The notes below the pieces were generated by a model. That model was not told the origin of the DNA. It saw only the letters and a program-made list of their open reading frames with translations, and did not search any database. This document shows positions 1-12,626 of a stretch of 64,000 bases of DNA, piece by piece; position 1 is the stretch's first letter, and every line of letters starts with the position of its first letter. The stretch is from Azolla caroliniana. Lineage: Eukaryota > Plantae > Polypodiophyta. Both the position numbers and the translations under genes were made by a program. The stretch is taken from contig JBHGNT010000018.1 of NCBI GenBank assembly GCA_043228905.1, forward strand, positions 12,028,001-12,092,000, given 5' to 3'.

Positions 1-421
1 CGGAGTGATCAGCCAGTTCATGCAGCCAGTTCATGCAGACACCAAATACTACGGTATGTTAGCGGCACGAAGGATTGGGGATTGTTATACCGACAGGGTA
101 TATAGATGGGAAGCTAGTCAGATATCTTGATGTCGAATGGGCTAGTGATGCATCGGATCGCTGATCCACCTCCGGTTACATGTTTTCTCTAGGTAGTGTG
201 GTTGTTGCATGGAGCAACAAAAAGCAGCCAATAGTGGCTCTGTCGAGCATTGAGGCTAAGTACCCGAGCGCTACCATTGCCACCTGTGAAGCCATCTGGC
301 TTCGGCGACTATTGCGTGAGCTCCAGATTGAGGTGCTGTGAAAAGAATAGCATGCAGAAGCAATAGAAAACCAAATACAGAAATGCAGGTTTAATGGAGA
401 GCTTGAATATACACAGTACGC

Positions 422-423
<2 letters not shown>

Positions 424-464
<41 letters not shown>
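424..464. repeat. (GA)n microsatellite inside copia LTR
   Basis: About 20 GA units. The partner LTR has a shorter (GA)n(GT)n tract at about 5608-5635. Confidence 0.95.
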
Positions 465-466
<2 letters not shown>

Positions 467-772
467 CACACACAACTCAATTCAAAAAATAATACTCAAT
501 ACTCAGTGAGCACTTTTATACAAGTCCATACGGACTGATAGAAGTACTAACACGTACTTCAATGCTCATAATTGAGCTCTACACTAACTCCCAAAATGTA
601 TTCCTACGCGGAATATCTTTTTAACGGCCTCGTAGTTTACGCACCACTACGTCTTCTTGTTGCACACCGGTCTGCGCACCCGGTTTATGCACCAGTCCAA
701 CCTAACCGATTCATCCCAACCGATCCAGTTCTCGGCTTGAACAACCGATCCAGCCAATGTTGAGCTTGTATC

Positions 773-3700
773 TCAACACTCCCCCTCAAGCTCAACTTGA
801 GGTTCCATTTGCTCTTCCGGATCCACACTCCGGTTCCTTCTGGCTTCATGCCTTGCTCGCGCTCCTCGACCTGTTCGATTCCGCGCGCCTCGACTCTTCC
901 GGTGGGCTTGCGTGCTCGTGCGGCCCTTCTCAGCTCCCTTGCTGTCGCGGTGTTGTTGCTTCTTATGTTGCCTTCTCTTCTGCTTGGCCCTTAGTTGATT
1001 CAGCGTATCCGAATCAATCATCCGAACCGACTCGACTTCCTCTGATTGGTTTTCTCTTTCGTTCAAGTTGGTTGTCTCCAACTCGTCTTTGGTCTTCTCA
1101 CCCTTGATGGCTTCGTCTCCCCCACGCTTGGTTGGCGTCGGCTGTTTCTTTTGACTGCTCCCCCTTGGATCCGACTTGGCGTCGCGGTCTTCCGGAACTT
1201 CTCTCCCCCTTCCGTGGTCATTCGAAACGTCTCTCCCCCTCAAGTTCGGCATGTCGAGCTGACGCAACCCAAGCACACCCGAGAATTGCCGCAACTTGTC
1301 CAGACCAAGAGGCTTGGCGAAGATGTCGGCGGTCTGTGATCCATCGGAACATATTGAAGTTCGACTTCACCGGAGAGGATACGCTCACGGACGAAATGGT
1401 AGTGCACCTCAATGTGCTTAGTCCGGGCGTGGAAGACGGGGTTCTTTGCTAGCTGGATGCTACTGAGGTTGTCAGAGTAGATTATCGTTAGATTGGATAC
1501 CTCCACCTGTAGATCCTTAAGTAACCGCTTCAACCATATGGCTTCACATGTCGCAACATCCGCTCCTCTATACTCGGCTTCAGTGCTCAACATTGCAACT
1601 ATCGGCTTCTTCTTGTTACTCCATGCGATCGCGACACTCCCAAGAGAACGCGAAACTGGATGTGAATCGGCGATCGACGACATTTCTGGCCCAATCAGCA
1701 TCAGTGTAACGAACCAACTGCGTGGCAATATCGGTCTGATATAGTAGCCCTCGGTCCTTAGTGCGCATACTGAAGATGCTCCTCAGTAGGTTGCGCCATG
1801 AACTAACTAATCACCCTGACTGGGTAGCTGAGATCTGGTCGGGTGATGGTCAAGTATATAAGGCTTCTGACTATCTGTCAGAACCTTGTTGGGTCGCAGG
1901 GTTTATCGGAATTGGGGCAAGGCTTGACGGTTGTATCTAGAGGAGTCGAGAAAGACTTACAGTCAGCCATCATGAATTTGAAGAGCATACTCATCACGTA
2001 ATGCCGCTGGCTTATCAGTATGCCTTCGGGGGTACGGATCACTTCGATCCCGAGGAAGTAATGAAGGTCCCCCAAATCCTTCATGTCAAATGATGCCGCA
2101 AGCTGGAGCTTCACGTGGTCAATCTCACCTAGGTCAGCGCCGGTCATGACCAAGTCATCAAGATAAAGTAAAATGCTAACCGCCCCGAGTTGACCTTTCA
2201 GAATGAATAGTGAAGAGTTCGATTTTGATGTCGCAAAGTCCATCCGACGCAATCGTTGCGTGATCTTCACGTTCCAGGCACGCGGGGCTTGCTTTAGTCC
2301 ATAAAGGGACTTCTTCAACTGGCACACCGCTAAGGTGTTGGTTCCGGAGTGAAATCCGGGGGGTTGTACCATGTACATCTGTTCCTCAAGCTCACCTTGC
2401 AGGAACATATTCTTTACATTCATCTGATGTAAGTACCACCCCTTCGATGTAGCTACTGCGTGCAAAATGCGGACAGTCGTCATCTTCGTGACCGGTGCAA
2501 ACGTCTCATCGTAGTCGATGCCATGTTGCTGCGCGTAGCCTTTCGCAACTAACTGGGCCTTGTATCAGTTGACCGAGCCGTTAGTGTTGTACTTCACTTT
2601 GTACACCCACCTACATCCGATCGGCTTCACACCCTTCGGTGCATCCACTAGGTCCCACGTTTCATTCTCCGTTAATGCGTGTATCTCTTCCTCCATTGTG
2701 GCATGCCAATTTGCATCCTTTGCCGCTTCTGCGTAGCTCTCCGGCTCACACACTTCCGCTACACGGGTCATGTATCGCATAGTGATGCGCCATGTACTCA
2801 TTGTATCCAAACCGCACAACAGGGTTCTTCTGGTGGGTAGATCGGCGTAATTGCTCATTAGCCGATGTTGAGGCTTTCTTGGCCGACGCAGACTTCGCTC
2901 TCGAAGACCCGTCATCACTTCCCTTCTTCTTCCCTTTTTCCTTGCACGTAAGTCGTCTCCTCGGCTTCCTGTGCGGGGATTGCACGGCCGAGTCTCCACT
3001 ACTCGCCAGCTCTTCTTCGGACTAGTTAAACCGACTTTGTCGTCCATTCGGTCCACTTAATTGAAACGAGATCGGACTCTCTTTGAGGGTCCCAATTTCA
3101 CCCTCATCCGGAGACATTTCAGCCTCACTGACCTCGTCATTAGAACATGGGTCCGGAGATCCAGAGTTGGAGCTGAGGTCTTGAGTCGGAGGCAAGTACC
3201 AGGACGCAGACTTGTGAAACACAACATCGCGGCTCACGCGAGCTTGTTTGGTTCGAGGGTTATAGCACTTATAGCCCTTCTATTCGTCCGAATAGCCGAC
3301 TAAGATACACTTCTCAGCTTTCGCGTCCAACTTCCTCTGTTTCTCCTTTGGCACATGCACATACACAATGCTACCGAAAATTCTCAAGTGTCATAGATTC
3401 GGCTTCCTTCTGAAATACAACTCATGCGCCGAGACTTTGTCTCCGATCCGATTCTGGATGTACACCGCGGTTCGTACCGCCTTGGCACAATAGAACTTGG
3501 GCAAGCTCTTTTCTTCCAGCATTTCCCGCACCGCTTCTACAATCGACCAATTCTTTCTTTCGGCCACGTCGTTCTGTTCCGGCGCATATCTGCAACTGAA
3601 TTCGCGCCGAATTCCCATCTGTTGCAGATACCCATTGAATTGAACGGAAAAGTACTCTTTTCCGCCATCTGACCGCAGGCACTTGATATTTCTTCCTGTT

Positions 3701-5419
3701 TCCTTTTCGACAAAACTCTTGAGGTCTTGCAAACTCTTCTTGTCAATGAGGTAGATCCACGTGTGCCGCGTATAGTCGTCGATGAAGGAGACGAAATATC
3801 GATTCATGCCAAGACTAACGTTCTGTGCCAGCCCCCATACATCAGAATGTATCAAGTCAAGCTTGTTCCAGCTCCGGTTATGCTCGTTCGGTAAAGGAAG
3901 TCGGTGTTGCTTCCCTAGCTGCTAAGGCTTCACAAATTTGTGCCTTCCGGCCACTAAATTTGGGCAATCCGAACACCACATGTTTCAATTGCAAGTCCTG
4001 AAGCTGTTGATAGTCGACGTGGCCTATCCGCTTGTGCCATAAGTTGATATCCGACTCGACTTTTTGTCCTTTCACGAACATTGCGGTGTCACCGTCACTA
4101 GAGTCTAGGATAAACATCCTCCCGTCTCTGTGCCCTAGCATGATAACTCGGCCTTCTTCCTCGATGAAGCACCCGAGATGTGTAAACTGAACCTGCATCC
4201 CCTAGTCGACGATCTATTTGACCGACACCAAGTTCTTCGTGATAGTCGGAACGTGTAATACGTTCATGAGCTTCCCTCTCAGTTCGACTTGGCTGAAAGA
4301 GACTTCTCTGACATGCACAATTGGGTGAGGAGTTTCGTCTTTGGTTTCGACGACTCCTGGTTGTTTTGGTTTCTCCAAGAAAGAGAACCACTCTTTATGG
4401 CTCGTCATGTGATTCGACGCACCGGAATAAACGTACCACACTTCCTCCGATTTGGAACTGGTCTTCTTCATCGAGTTAGCCTCGTGTTTCATCACCAAGG
4501 CTGGCCCTTTACCGGCTTTTTCGGTTTAGTGTGAGTATTGTCGGTTCTCTTTGTCGGCCTTGCCGGATCCGGATCTGTCCGAATCGGCGTGATTTTTCCA
4601 GCACTCACTTTCTCTGTGGCCCTTTTTACCACAGTACCAGCATTCTGTGTCGACCTTTGCTCGCTGGCCTCCGGTGCCACCTTGACTCCCCCTGCTTGTG
4701 GAGGGTCTGGAACTTCTGTCGCCATGTTCTCTGTGCCTTCGGTCCTGCTCTTTCCGGCCGTTGCCATTGCGAGCCGACCCGCCTCGTCCACCACGCCCAT
4801 GGGGCTGATCTGCCTCCGTGTACAACATCCGGATGTCGGTGGGTGCACTTGTTTATCCACCGGCGTGGTTCTCCTCTACAAGGAGCATCGACTATAAGTC
4901 GAAAAATGACGGCGTATTCTCCCATGTACACACAGCAGTTCGGAACGCTCCGAACTTTGACGCCAGTCCCCCGAGACAGATTTGCACTATCTCACCTTCC
5001 TCGATGTTCACATCGATAGAGGCTAAGGAGTCGCATATCTCTTTGATCTTCGAGGTGTAATCAGCCACCGACAAGTCGCATTGTCGTAAGTTTCTCAACT
5101 CCTGTTGAAGCTGAAGCTTCCTGGTTGTGGTGCTTGCGGTGAAAATCTTCTTCAGATTTCCCCAAGCATCCTTCGGCGTTTTCACATCTCGAATATAGCT
5201 CAGAAGCTGTTTGCCCACACAAGACGCGAAGCAGTAGAGAACTCTGCTCGCGGACTATTCCCAAGCCTAGAAGTCTTTGTGTGTCGAATCAGGTCCTGTG
5301 TCATTTGCTCCGTCGACATAGCTCCAATATCCATGCCCGAGTAGGTACTGGTGCATCTTGTAAGACCAAGATGCATAGTTGTTTCTATCGAGCTTCTTTG
5401 TTGGAAGCGAGCTAGCCAT
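773..5419 (-). pseudogene. copia gag-pol with multiple frameshifts and stops
   Basis: Fragments in copia order: gag (MASSLPTKKLDRNNY..., knuckle CWYCGKKGHRESEC), protease (YSGASNHM), GAG-pre-integrase (LWHKRIGH), integrase (HSDVWG, LRSDGGKEY), RT (LKKSLYGLKQAPRAW, LYLDDL), RNase H (RTKHIEVHYHF). Confidence 0.93.
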
Positions 5420-7182
5420 GCCTCTATCCATTTTGTTTTTCCGGTTCTTTTCGAAGGTTAGGTTTTCTTCTCGAGCTAAGGTCGGCTGCAGAGTTTCTCA
5501 ACCCTCGCGCTCTGATACCATGTGAAAAGAATAGCATGCGGAAGCAATAGAAAACCAAACACAGAAACGCAGGTTTAATGGAGAGCTTGAATATACATAG
5601 TACGCGGGAGGGAGAGAGAGAGTGTGTGTGTGTGTACACACAACTCAATTAAAAAAAAAATACTCAATCTGTACATAGGATGTACTTAGTGACTGACTGA
5701 CTGAAGTATTGACACATACTTCAATGGTCATAACTGAGCTCTACACTAACTCCCAAAATGTATTCCTACGCGGAATATCTTTCCAACGGCCTCGCGGTTT
5801 ACGCACCGCTACGGCTTCTTATTGTGCACCGGTCTACACACCCGGTATACGCACTGGTCCGGCCTAACCGATCCACTTCTTGGCTTGCACAGCCGATCCG
5901 GCCAATGTTGATCTTGTATCTCAACAGGTGCTGACCCCGATCCTGATCCACTGTGATAACATCAGCAGCATACAACTCTCTAAGAACCCGATGTTTTGTG
6001 CTCGGACAAAGCACATAGAAGTGCATTATCACTTTGTTTGTGAGTGGGTCCTGAGCGGTGAAGTTGAACTTTGGTATGTTCACACAGATCAGCAGGTTAC
6101 CGAAATCTTCACCAAGCCGCTTGGGTCGGACAAGTTGCAACACCTTTCGGGGATGCGCCTACCACATCTCGATGTGCCGCACTTGAGGGGGAGAACAGGA
6201 ACGGGAACGGATGGCACAGGACAAGGAACCGGAGAGGAAGAAAGAACCAAAGGGGGAGATAAGCAGGAAAAGAAAGCCGACTGGAGCAAAGAGCAGCGAC
6301 GGTAGAGCCGACTGGAAGAAGGCCAAGACCCGTAGTGGTCCGATGTGGTGAAGGGCCTAAAAACGGAAGACGAGTTGGAGACTACCGACTCGGACAAGAA
6401 TTGGAATGAATCGGATGAAGCTGATTCGGTTCAAGGTTCGGAGAAGCTGGATCAACTAAAGGCCAAGCGGACTAGAAGGCAGCGGAAGTCGACACCAACA
6501 CGGATGAACCGATGGATCGACAAGCGCCACAGTCATAACATCCAAGGAGCTGAAATGGGCCTGTTGAGCAGACAAGCCTACCAAGGAGGTCGAGGTGTGC
6601 AGTACCGGACAGGTCACGGGAAGCGGACCCAGACCGGAAGAGGAGCGCGAGCAAGGCGGAACAACGCCAGAAGGAGCCGGATGGAAGGACTGGTTGCTAG
6701 AGACACTAACACCATGATCTGACCTCAAGTTGAGCTTGAGGGGGATTGTTGAGCGGCAAGCTCAACAGGATCCGGATCGGCTAGATAAGCTTGAGCTGAT
6801 CGGTATCTGGAAACAACCAGCCGGATCAGGGGGACGTATCGGAGAGCCGGATTCGAGCACGAACCGGAAGCCTAGTAGTAGCCTAGACTACTAGGCAATC
6901 ATTGTCTCGTAGTTACTGTCAGTTGCACGTAGGAACATTGAAGTACATTGTACTTCTGTCAGTCCTTCTGAGGACTTGGATAAATAGTGTTGTGTAAGCA
7001 CATTGTATGTACAGAGTTTACAGAGTGTTACTTTGAATTGAGTTTATGTTTTTCTCTCTCTGTCTCTGTCTCTCTCTCTCCTGCATAAGCGTACTCTGTG
7101 TGTGTGTTGAGTTTTCCTTTCATCTTCTGTTGTTATCCGGTTGACCCGGTTTGTCAAACGCTTCCACACATTTACTTTCACA

Positions 7183-8400
7183 ATGTTTTTATGGGAATGA
7201 ACATATGATATCCTGTGGTGAGAATTTATCGTAGTATTCTATACACGTGGATAAGTGTGAGGGTTAAACGAGAGTGTAAAGAAGGGGAGGATTACTTTTA
7301 ATCCTCGGGATTAATTTAAAAGTGTGAACTTTCTTGGGGTCCTTGGGTATCGCTATAAATATGAGGCCTAGCTACCCTCATTTCATCATATCTTGACTAC
7401 GTCGACATTCTGTTTCGTGGTGGGTCAACTCTTGTAGCAAGCGCGCCAGCACCAGGTATGACTCGACGCCATGAGGGTGGTATGGGACGTCAATCGAGGC
7501 TCGAGTCCATCTCGATCCCTTCACTTGGAGGTGGTCAGGTGGATCGGCACCCTTCTTTCTCTCTTTACTTTCTATCTATCTATGTTTTATCCTTATTATA
7601 TGCTTACTTTAGATCATAACTCTAACAAACGTCGTCTATTTGGACGGCAACATGATCCACTCGAGCGAGACCCGGAAGCCACTACGAATAAACTTTAGAA
7701 GAGGCGGGTTGAAAAAGATTGTAGAATAGGAAGATGCAAAGCATGTAGAAGCTATGCACTATGCCGCATCAGCCGGTATACGAGTTGGAAGAGAGAATCT
7801 AAAGCCACATACACCCACAATCATTGTTAAACCTAAACGACTTTACGAGAATGGATAAGCCGATTGGTGTGCGATCCAATCGTACGATATGTTGACCAAA
7901 CGAGAAGGTTCGTGTCAAGCCAGCTCCGATCAAAGTTATTGATCATAGAGTAGTAATCCAAGCGAGGGATTTCCAATCGTGAGAGAAAAGAAGACCAATG
8001 GAGTTCCGGTCAACAAGAGTTTTTGGCATGGGCTTGTGGGTTCAACGTGCAATGCACTGTCCCACATGTGTGCCAAGTGTTACCCGTATAGGTGTACGTG
8101 AGCGTTATCAATGTGTAAGGTGTAAGGTGTGTAATGTGTAATATGAATGACTGTGTGAGGATGATTATGTGTATGAACACATGCACATTTGTGTGCATGT
8201 GTACAAAGGTGAGAAAGTGGGTAAGTAATCTAACTCCCTACTTATCTCATTCTTTATTTGTAACGGTTACCTCTTGCACTATATAAACCCCTGATGGGGC
8301 ATGTATTGCAAACTAGCTTTTTCCCCTCTCATTTTTCTGTAATTTCTTATTTTCACTCTCTCACTCACTCTCTCTCTATCGTAACCCCCTTGGGACATCA
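7183..8400. other. LTR-like remnants of unassigned elements
   Basis: Two TATAAA-containing AT-rich blocks with CT-rich tracts end in ...CTCTAACA (about 7627) and ...GGGACATCA (8400). The second abuts a gag zinc knuckle. No partner LTR or TSD found. Confidence 0.4.
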
Positions 8401-9880
8401 ACAATGTCCAGTGTTGAGACAAGTCGTACATTGAACTACTTGCCGAAACTAGAGCTCTTCCAATGATGGTAAGTTGTTATATAGTGCGGACATATTTATA
8501 CTATTCTTATTTTTGTGTCTGATTCATAGCTAAGGCCTTATCAATCACTTGATCGATTGATTGATTTTGGAAATTGAACACTACTAGAGTTGTTCGCAAA
8601 GGTTCACAAATTGCTTCAAGGAATATATCTTTTAATTCCTCGTCCGGAATTGACTTCGAAATTTGAAGTTGTAAATTCTGAAATCGGATCACAAATTGTG
8701 ACACCGTTTCATGTGGTTCTTGATATGCGGCATAAAACTAACCAATCAGATCTTTCTAAGGAATTTGTCGGTGAAACAGTTGAATGAACCAAGTGGTTAA
8801 CTGTCTGAATGAATCAAATGCTCTAAGAACATTCTGGGCAAACCAATTTGCCGACGGACCATCTAATGACAAAACAAACTCAGCAATTTTAGACTTATCT
8901 TCCGCTGTCGTCGACAGTTGTCAAGAAATCCCTAATGTGCACTTCTGCATCAACACCATCGCGATACTACGAGTAAGGGTAAGGCATATTGTCGTCACCC
9001 CAAATGTCGTAGAAAGAAACTTGTTCAGACTGGCTTTTGTCCAAATAATTGTCATTTAAATCGGGAATCGAAGACCACTCCTGATCACCGCGTTGCTCAA
9101 AATTATCGACATGATCCTCCACTACACATTGAGTTGTTGAGCGTGTGCGAGGACGTTTGCGACCGACCCGTGTTTCCGGGCAAGAAGACATCCATTCTAA
9201 CTTGTTCTCTGCTAAATACAGATGTAACCGGGTGTGCCAAAATTATTGTGTTGTTCGGTCGACAATCGACTATTGTGACGGACAACACAATAGTGTTGAA
9301 CGTTCTATGAAGAAACTGTGGAAGTGCGAATAGAACAAGTACTTGTTAATTATACAGACTAAGATAAAGTAAACCTTGATCGACTAATTTAGCCTAATAC
9401 ACTTAACAATAGTTGTAATTGAGTCGAACCAAACAATATTAATCACAGAATACATGACACAAATTTTACTAACTAATAACTATATTAAATTGAAATCAGA
9501 ATGATAGTGTTACAATGCTCTCGGTTCCGTTTTATAGGTAACCCAAGAGATAAAATCATCAAGAATTACACTTTGCCTTGTTGGCAAGAACTAACCAAAA
9601 CTCTTCTAAGTACTCTAGTATCTATATATTTTTATTTAGTTGGCAAAAGTGTTGACTCATCGATCTGCCTTGTCCATTCGAGCTGACTCTGTGTTCATCC
9701 GAACATTGTCGACTCCGATGCTTCCACACTTGTCCGACTCTTACCCTGACTGGCTAACAGGAGGACACCTGGGAGCGAATCAAGGGGGTCATGACCGATT
9801 CGAGTTTGCGAAATCTGGCCGGCATAGGGCATCGATTCACCGACGAGATGCTACGAAAGTTGAAGATTGGTGGGGGTGTC
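8401..9880 (-). mobile_element. 5' remnant of a non-chromoviral gypsy element: probable LTR (about 9247-9880), PBS-like TTTTGGCACACCC, gag pseudogene (8401-9230)
   Basis: Gag fragments QFVIRFQNLQLQISKSIPDEELKDIFLEAICEPLRT, DDNMPYPYS and QCTTCLNTGH align by eye with the gag at 36684-37868 (QQFVIRFQRM...IFLAALREPLRT, DDDMPFKYP, QCTTCLNAGH). Confidence 0.75.
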
Positions 9881-10781
9881 TATCTCATAGTTGATTTCGG
9901 CGGTGTCAAATTTTCGCAAGTGGAAAGCTAGGGGATGTGGCTTCTCATCGTCGTCTTGCTGTGACAAAATACTACCAAGGGCATTTCTGACGTGTTTGCC
10001 TCAATAATAAATGGTTTTTGTAGATCAACATGAGTTAGAATAGGAGCCTATGTAAATGCTTTCTTGAGATCCACAAAAGCCGTGCTCGCTTCCTTAGTCC
10101 AAACAAATGATTGCCCCTTCTTTGTAAGCTATGTGAGAGGAAAAATTTGCAAAACCTAAAAAGCATTGCACATCTCACAACGAATGTGGATTCTGCCACT
10201 CTAACACAGTTTGGACCTTAGCTGGATCCATAAACATTCCTTCCGAGGAGATGACATAGCCTAGAAATTCCACATGTTTACAATCAAAACTACACTTCTC
10301 CAATTTTGCATAAAGACCATGTTCTCATAGTTTTTTTAGTACTAATAGTACATGAGAATCATGCTCCTCTTGTGTCTTTGAATAAACTAGCAGATCATCC
10401 AAGTAGATGATCAAACAGATGTCCAGTAATCCACGACTAGGCGAAGTGATCCATCCTTTTTCTTCACAAAGAAGATGGGTGCGCCGGCTGGAGATTTCAA
10501 ATGTCGAATGACCCAATTTGCCAAATTTTCCTATATGTAGGCTCAAAGAACTTCAAGCTCGCTCAGTGACAAGTTGTTGATCGGTCCCCACGATGGCTAT
10601 ATTCCTGGTTGTAAATCAATAGGACAATCATATGGTCAATGTTGAGGAAGGGTACTAGCTTTTTTACCTTGTCAAAAACGTCCGCATAATGGTGATACTT
10701 CTTCGGAAATTGAATTGTTGACTCCTCCTTAGTGATACGGGAAGGTGTCACTGATATTGCGAGTACAAACATTGGTTCCTT
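9881..10781 (-). pseudogene. Internally deleted chromovirus RT/RNase H fragments
   Basis: [32 protein letters not shown] and AFHLRKFDTAEINYEI are homologous to 47100-48330. Confidence 0.85.
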
Positions 10782-11519
10782 GTGATTGTGGGAGAAATTC
10801 GTTCAAGGATTGGGCTCGATCGAAGAGATGTGGAAAGCATGGTTGAATATGATCAAAGGCAAAGCATTGTATCAAAGTGTGATACTCAAACTCTTGAACT
10901 TGTTTAGGGCAAAGTGTGCATAGCCAACCACTCTCATCACTTGTGCCCCAACGCCCCATCTCACATCACAATGCATGTGAGCTAAGTTGCATGTGTACGG
11001 GGATAGATAGATAGATAGATTATATTATCGTCTTCAGAGGTCAAATATGACCTATGAGACCAAAAATGTTACATTTCACATGATACATGTGAAAGTGAGT
11101 AGTGACTCTCAATGTTCTAGAACATTACCAATGAATGTTGCAATCGAGAGTGCACATTGTGGTTGTGAGAGAAATTCGTGCAAGGATTAGGCTCGGTTGA
11201 AGAGATGTGGAAAGCATGGTTAAATATGATCAAAGGCAGAGCATTGTATCAAAGTGTGATACTTAGACTTGCGAACTTGTTTCGGGCAAAGTATGCATAA
11301 CCAACCACTTTCATCACTTGTGCACCAACGCCCTATCTCACGTCGCAATGCATGTGAGCTAAGTCGCATGGAAGCAATGGTTCGAATGGTAGATAATGGG
11401 ACAGGCTCTAACATGTATCAATGTGTACGGTTTCCCCGTTCCACAAAGAATATGGTTTTGTAGTTAGGTGCAACATGTCTAGTATAATGTGTGAAGCATG
11501 AACCTCCACATTTGTCCCG
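10782..11519 (-). mobile_element. Non-LTR retrotransposon (LINE) 3' end, two tandem truncated copies, with 3' stem-loop and (TATC)n tail
   Basis: ORF2 C-terminal CCHC-type region (MRLSSHALRREIGRW...LCILC...YHTLIQC..FDHI) at 11220-11414 and again at 10790-10990. Hairpin at 11030-11060. (GATA)n at 11002-11020. Confidence 0.75.
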
Positions 11520-11859
11520 TGTCATGATACATTGGCGGACAAAATAATGACAACAAGAAGGATATTATTATATGACGAAGAATACACGAACAACTAGGAG
11601 GCTCAAGACTGGCGTTGAACCAAATTGGTTTTGAATAATGCCATGTGCCTCTATTTATTGTACTGTCAAGAGTACTCCTGAAGTTTCTAGAATGTTCCAG
11701 AGTAATCTAGAATATACATGAATTTCATATAGTGAAATAATAAATAAAAATTATATTTTTTATATTACAATGCATAGCTTAATGGTATGGCTTCAACCCA
11801 TGTAACACAAGGTCATGCGTTCAAAACCTTTTGGAGCCATACCATGCCATATCATGACA
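11520..11859 (-). mobile_element. Chromovirus-type LTR
   Basis: Reverse-complement homology to LTR 50163-50579. 10-bp terminal inverted repeat TGTCATGATA...TATCATGACA. No matching TSD. Confidence 0.85.
11680..11697. promoter_or_regulatory. Four-unit heat-shock element in chromovirus LTR (three-unit HSEs at 50312-50324, 56538-56550, 58023-58035, 58666-58678)
   Basis: GAAgtTTCtaGAAtgTTC matches alternating nGAAn pentamers and lies upstream of the TATA position in element orientation. Confidence 0.7.
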
Positions 11860-12091
11860 ACGATGGTGAATACAGAGGGAAGTTCGAAGAATACTGCAAG
11901 CCCCAAGGTATTAGAATCGAATACATAGTAACAAATACCCTTGAGTTGAATGCAAGCCCGAGAGGATGAATCAAACAATTATGGAAAGAGTAAGGAGCAT
12001 GCTAAGTTGCCGAAATCGTTTTGGGATGAGGCGATAAATACGGTTGTTTATCTTATCAATCGATCTCCCTCGGTGCCATACTAAAGGTGAT
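11860..12091 (+). pseudogene. copia integrase fragment, target of the large gypsy insertion; continues at 38606-38627
   Basis: DNDGEYRGKFEEYC...ERMNQTIMERVRSML...FWDEAINTVVYLINRSPSVP, then ..SQRV after 38610. Confidence 0.85.
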
Positions 12092-12626
12092 TGTTATTCC
12101 TTAGGGCCGGAAAATGGCCTAACACAAGGTGTCTACGGAAGACACTTCACCAAAGGGGTGCTACGGCGAGATAACTTAAGACTCAACGATTAATCAGACT
12201 TTAATTGGTTACTTAGCAGCATTAGACTTGATACGCGCGTATGATAGAACAATTAGCACAGAACGGTAATCAACACTTAAAGATAAACCAAGAAGCTCTA
12301 TTAATTATCCGTCCAAGTTTTACATTGTAACCGGCCCTTTATATAGGTCACCGGTGCTAAATACAAAACGGTGCCAACCGGCACCTGTTCGGAACTGGTC
12401 CGAATCCGGATCGGCATACTGATTCCAGTCCATCCGTTTACGTCTCATAAACTACTTAATTATAATAGATTCTGAATATATAATCCCTTTCACATTTTGG
12501 TCTTTAACTCCTTTGCCAGCCGGGTAACACATGTCACTCCCATGGGACAATACCTTGTACGTCGAATCTCACTATCCGGCCCTTAGCCTTCGTCCAAGAT
12601 ATCCAGAATACTCTGCTCCATGGTGT

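Larger units (their letters stand above)
337..5926 (-). mobile_element. Full-length degenerate Ty1/copia element
   Basis: LTRs 337-778 and 5521-5926 (TG...CA). TSD GGTGC at 332-336 and 5927-5931. PBS TGGTATCAGAGC (tRNA-iMet) at 5509-5520 on the minus strand. PPT at about 779-793. Confidence 0.96.
1..7182 (+). mobile_element. Ty1/copia element, 3' part only (RT end, RNase H, 3' extension, PPT, 3' LTR 6747-7182), split by insertion 337-5926
   Basis: 1-336 encodes a degenerate RNase H (STSGYMFSLGSVVVAWSNKKQPIVALSS). It resumes after 5931 (LTPILIHCDNISSIQLSKNPMFCARTKHIEVHYHF). PPT GAGCTTGAGGGGGA precedes TGTTGAG at 6747 and the LTR ends ...TTTCACA at 7182. Confidence 0.9.

Noticed and set aside
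7621-7645. Possible self-priming PBS (ACGTCGTC vs GACTACGT at about 7396)
   Set aside because: Short and mismatched, and the LTR boundaries are not established.
8058-8397. TGTCCCA...TGGGACA inverted ends suggesting a MITE or solo LTR
   Set aside because: No flanking TSD. The boundary at 8400 fits a truncated LTR better.
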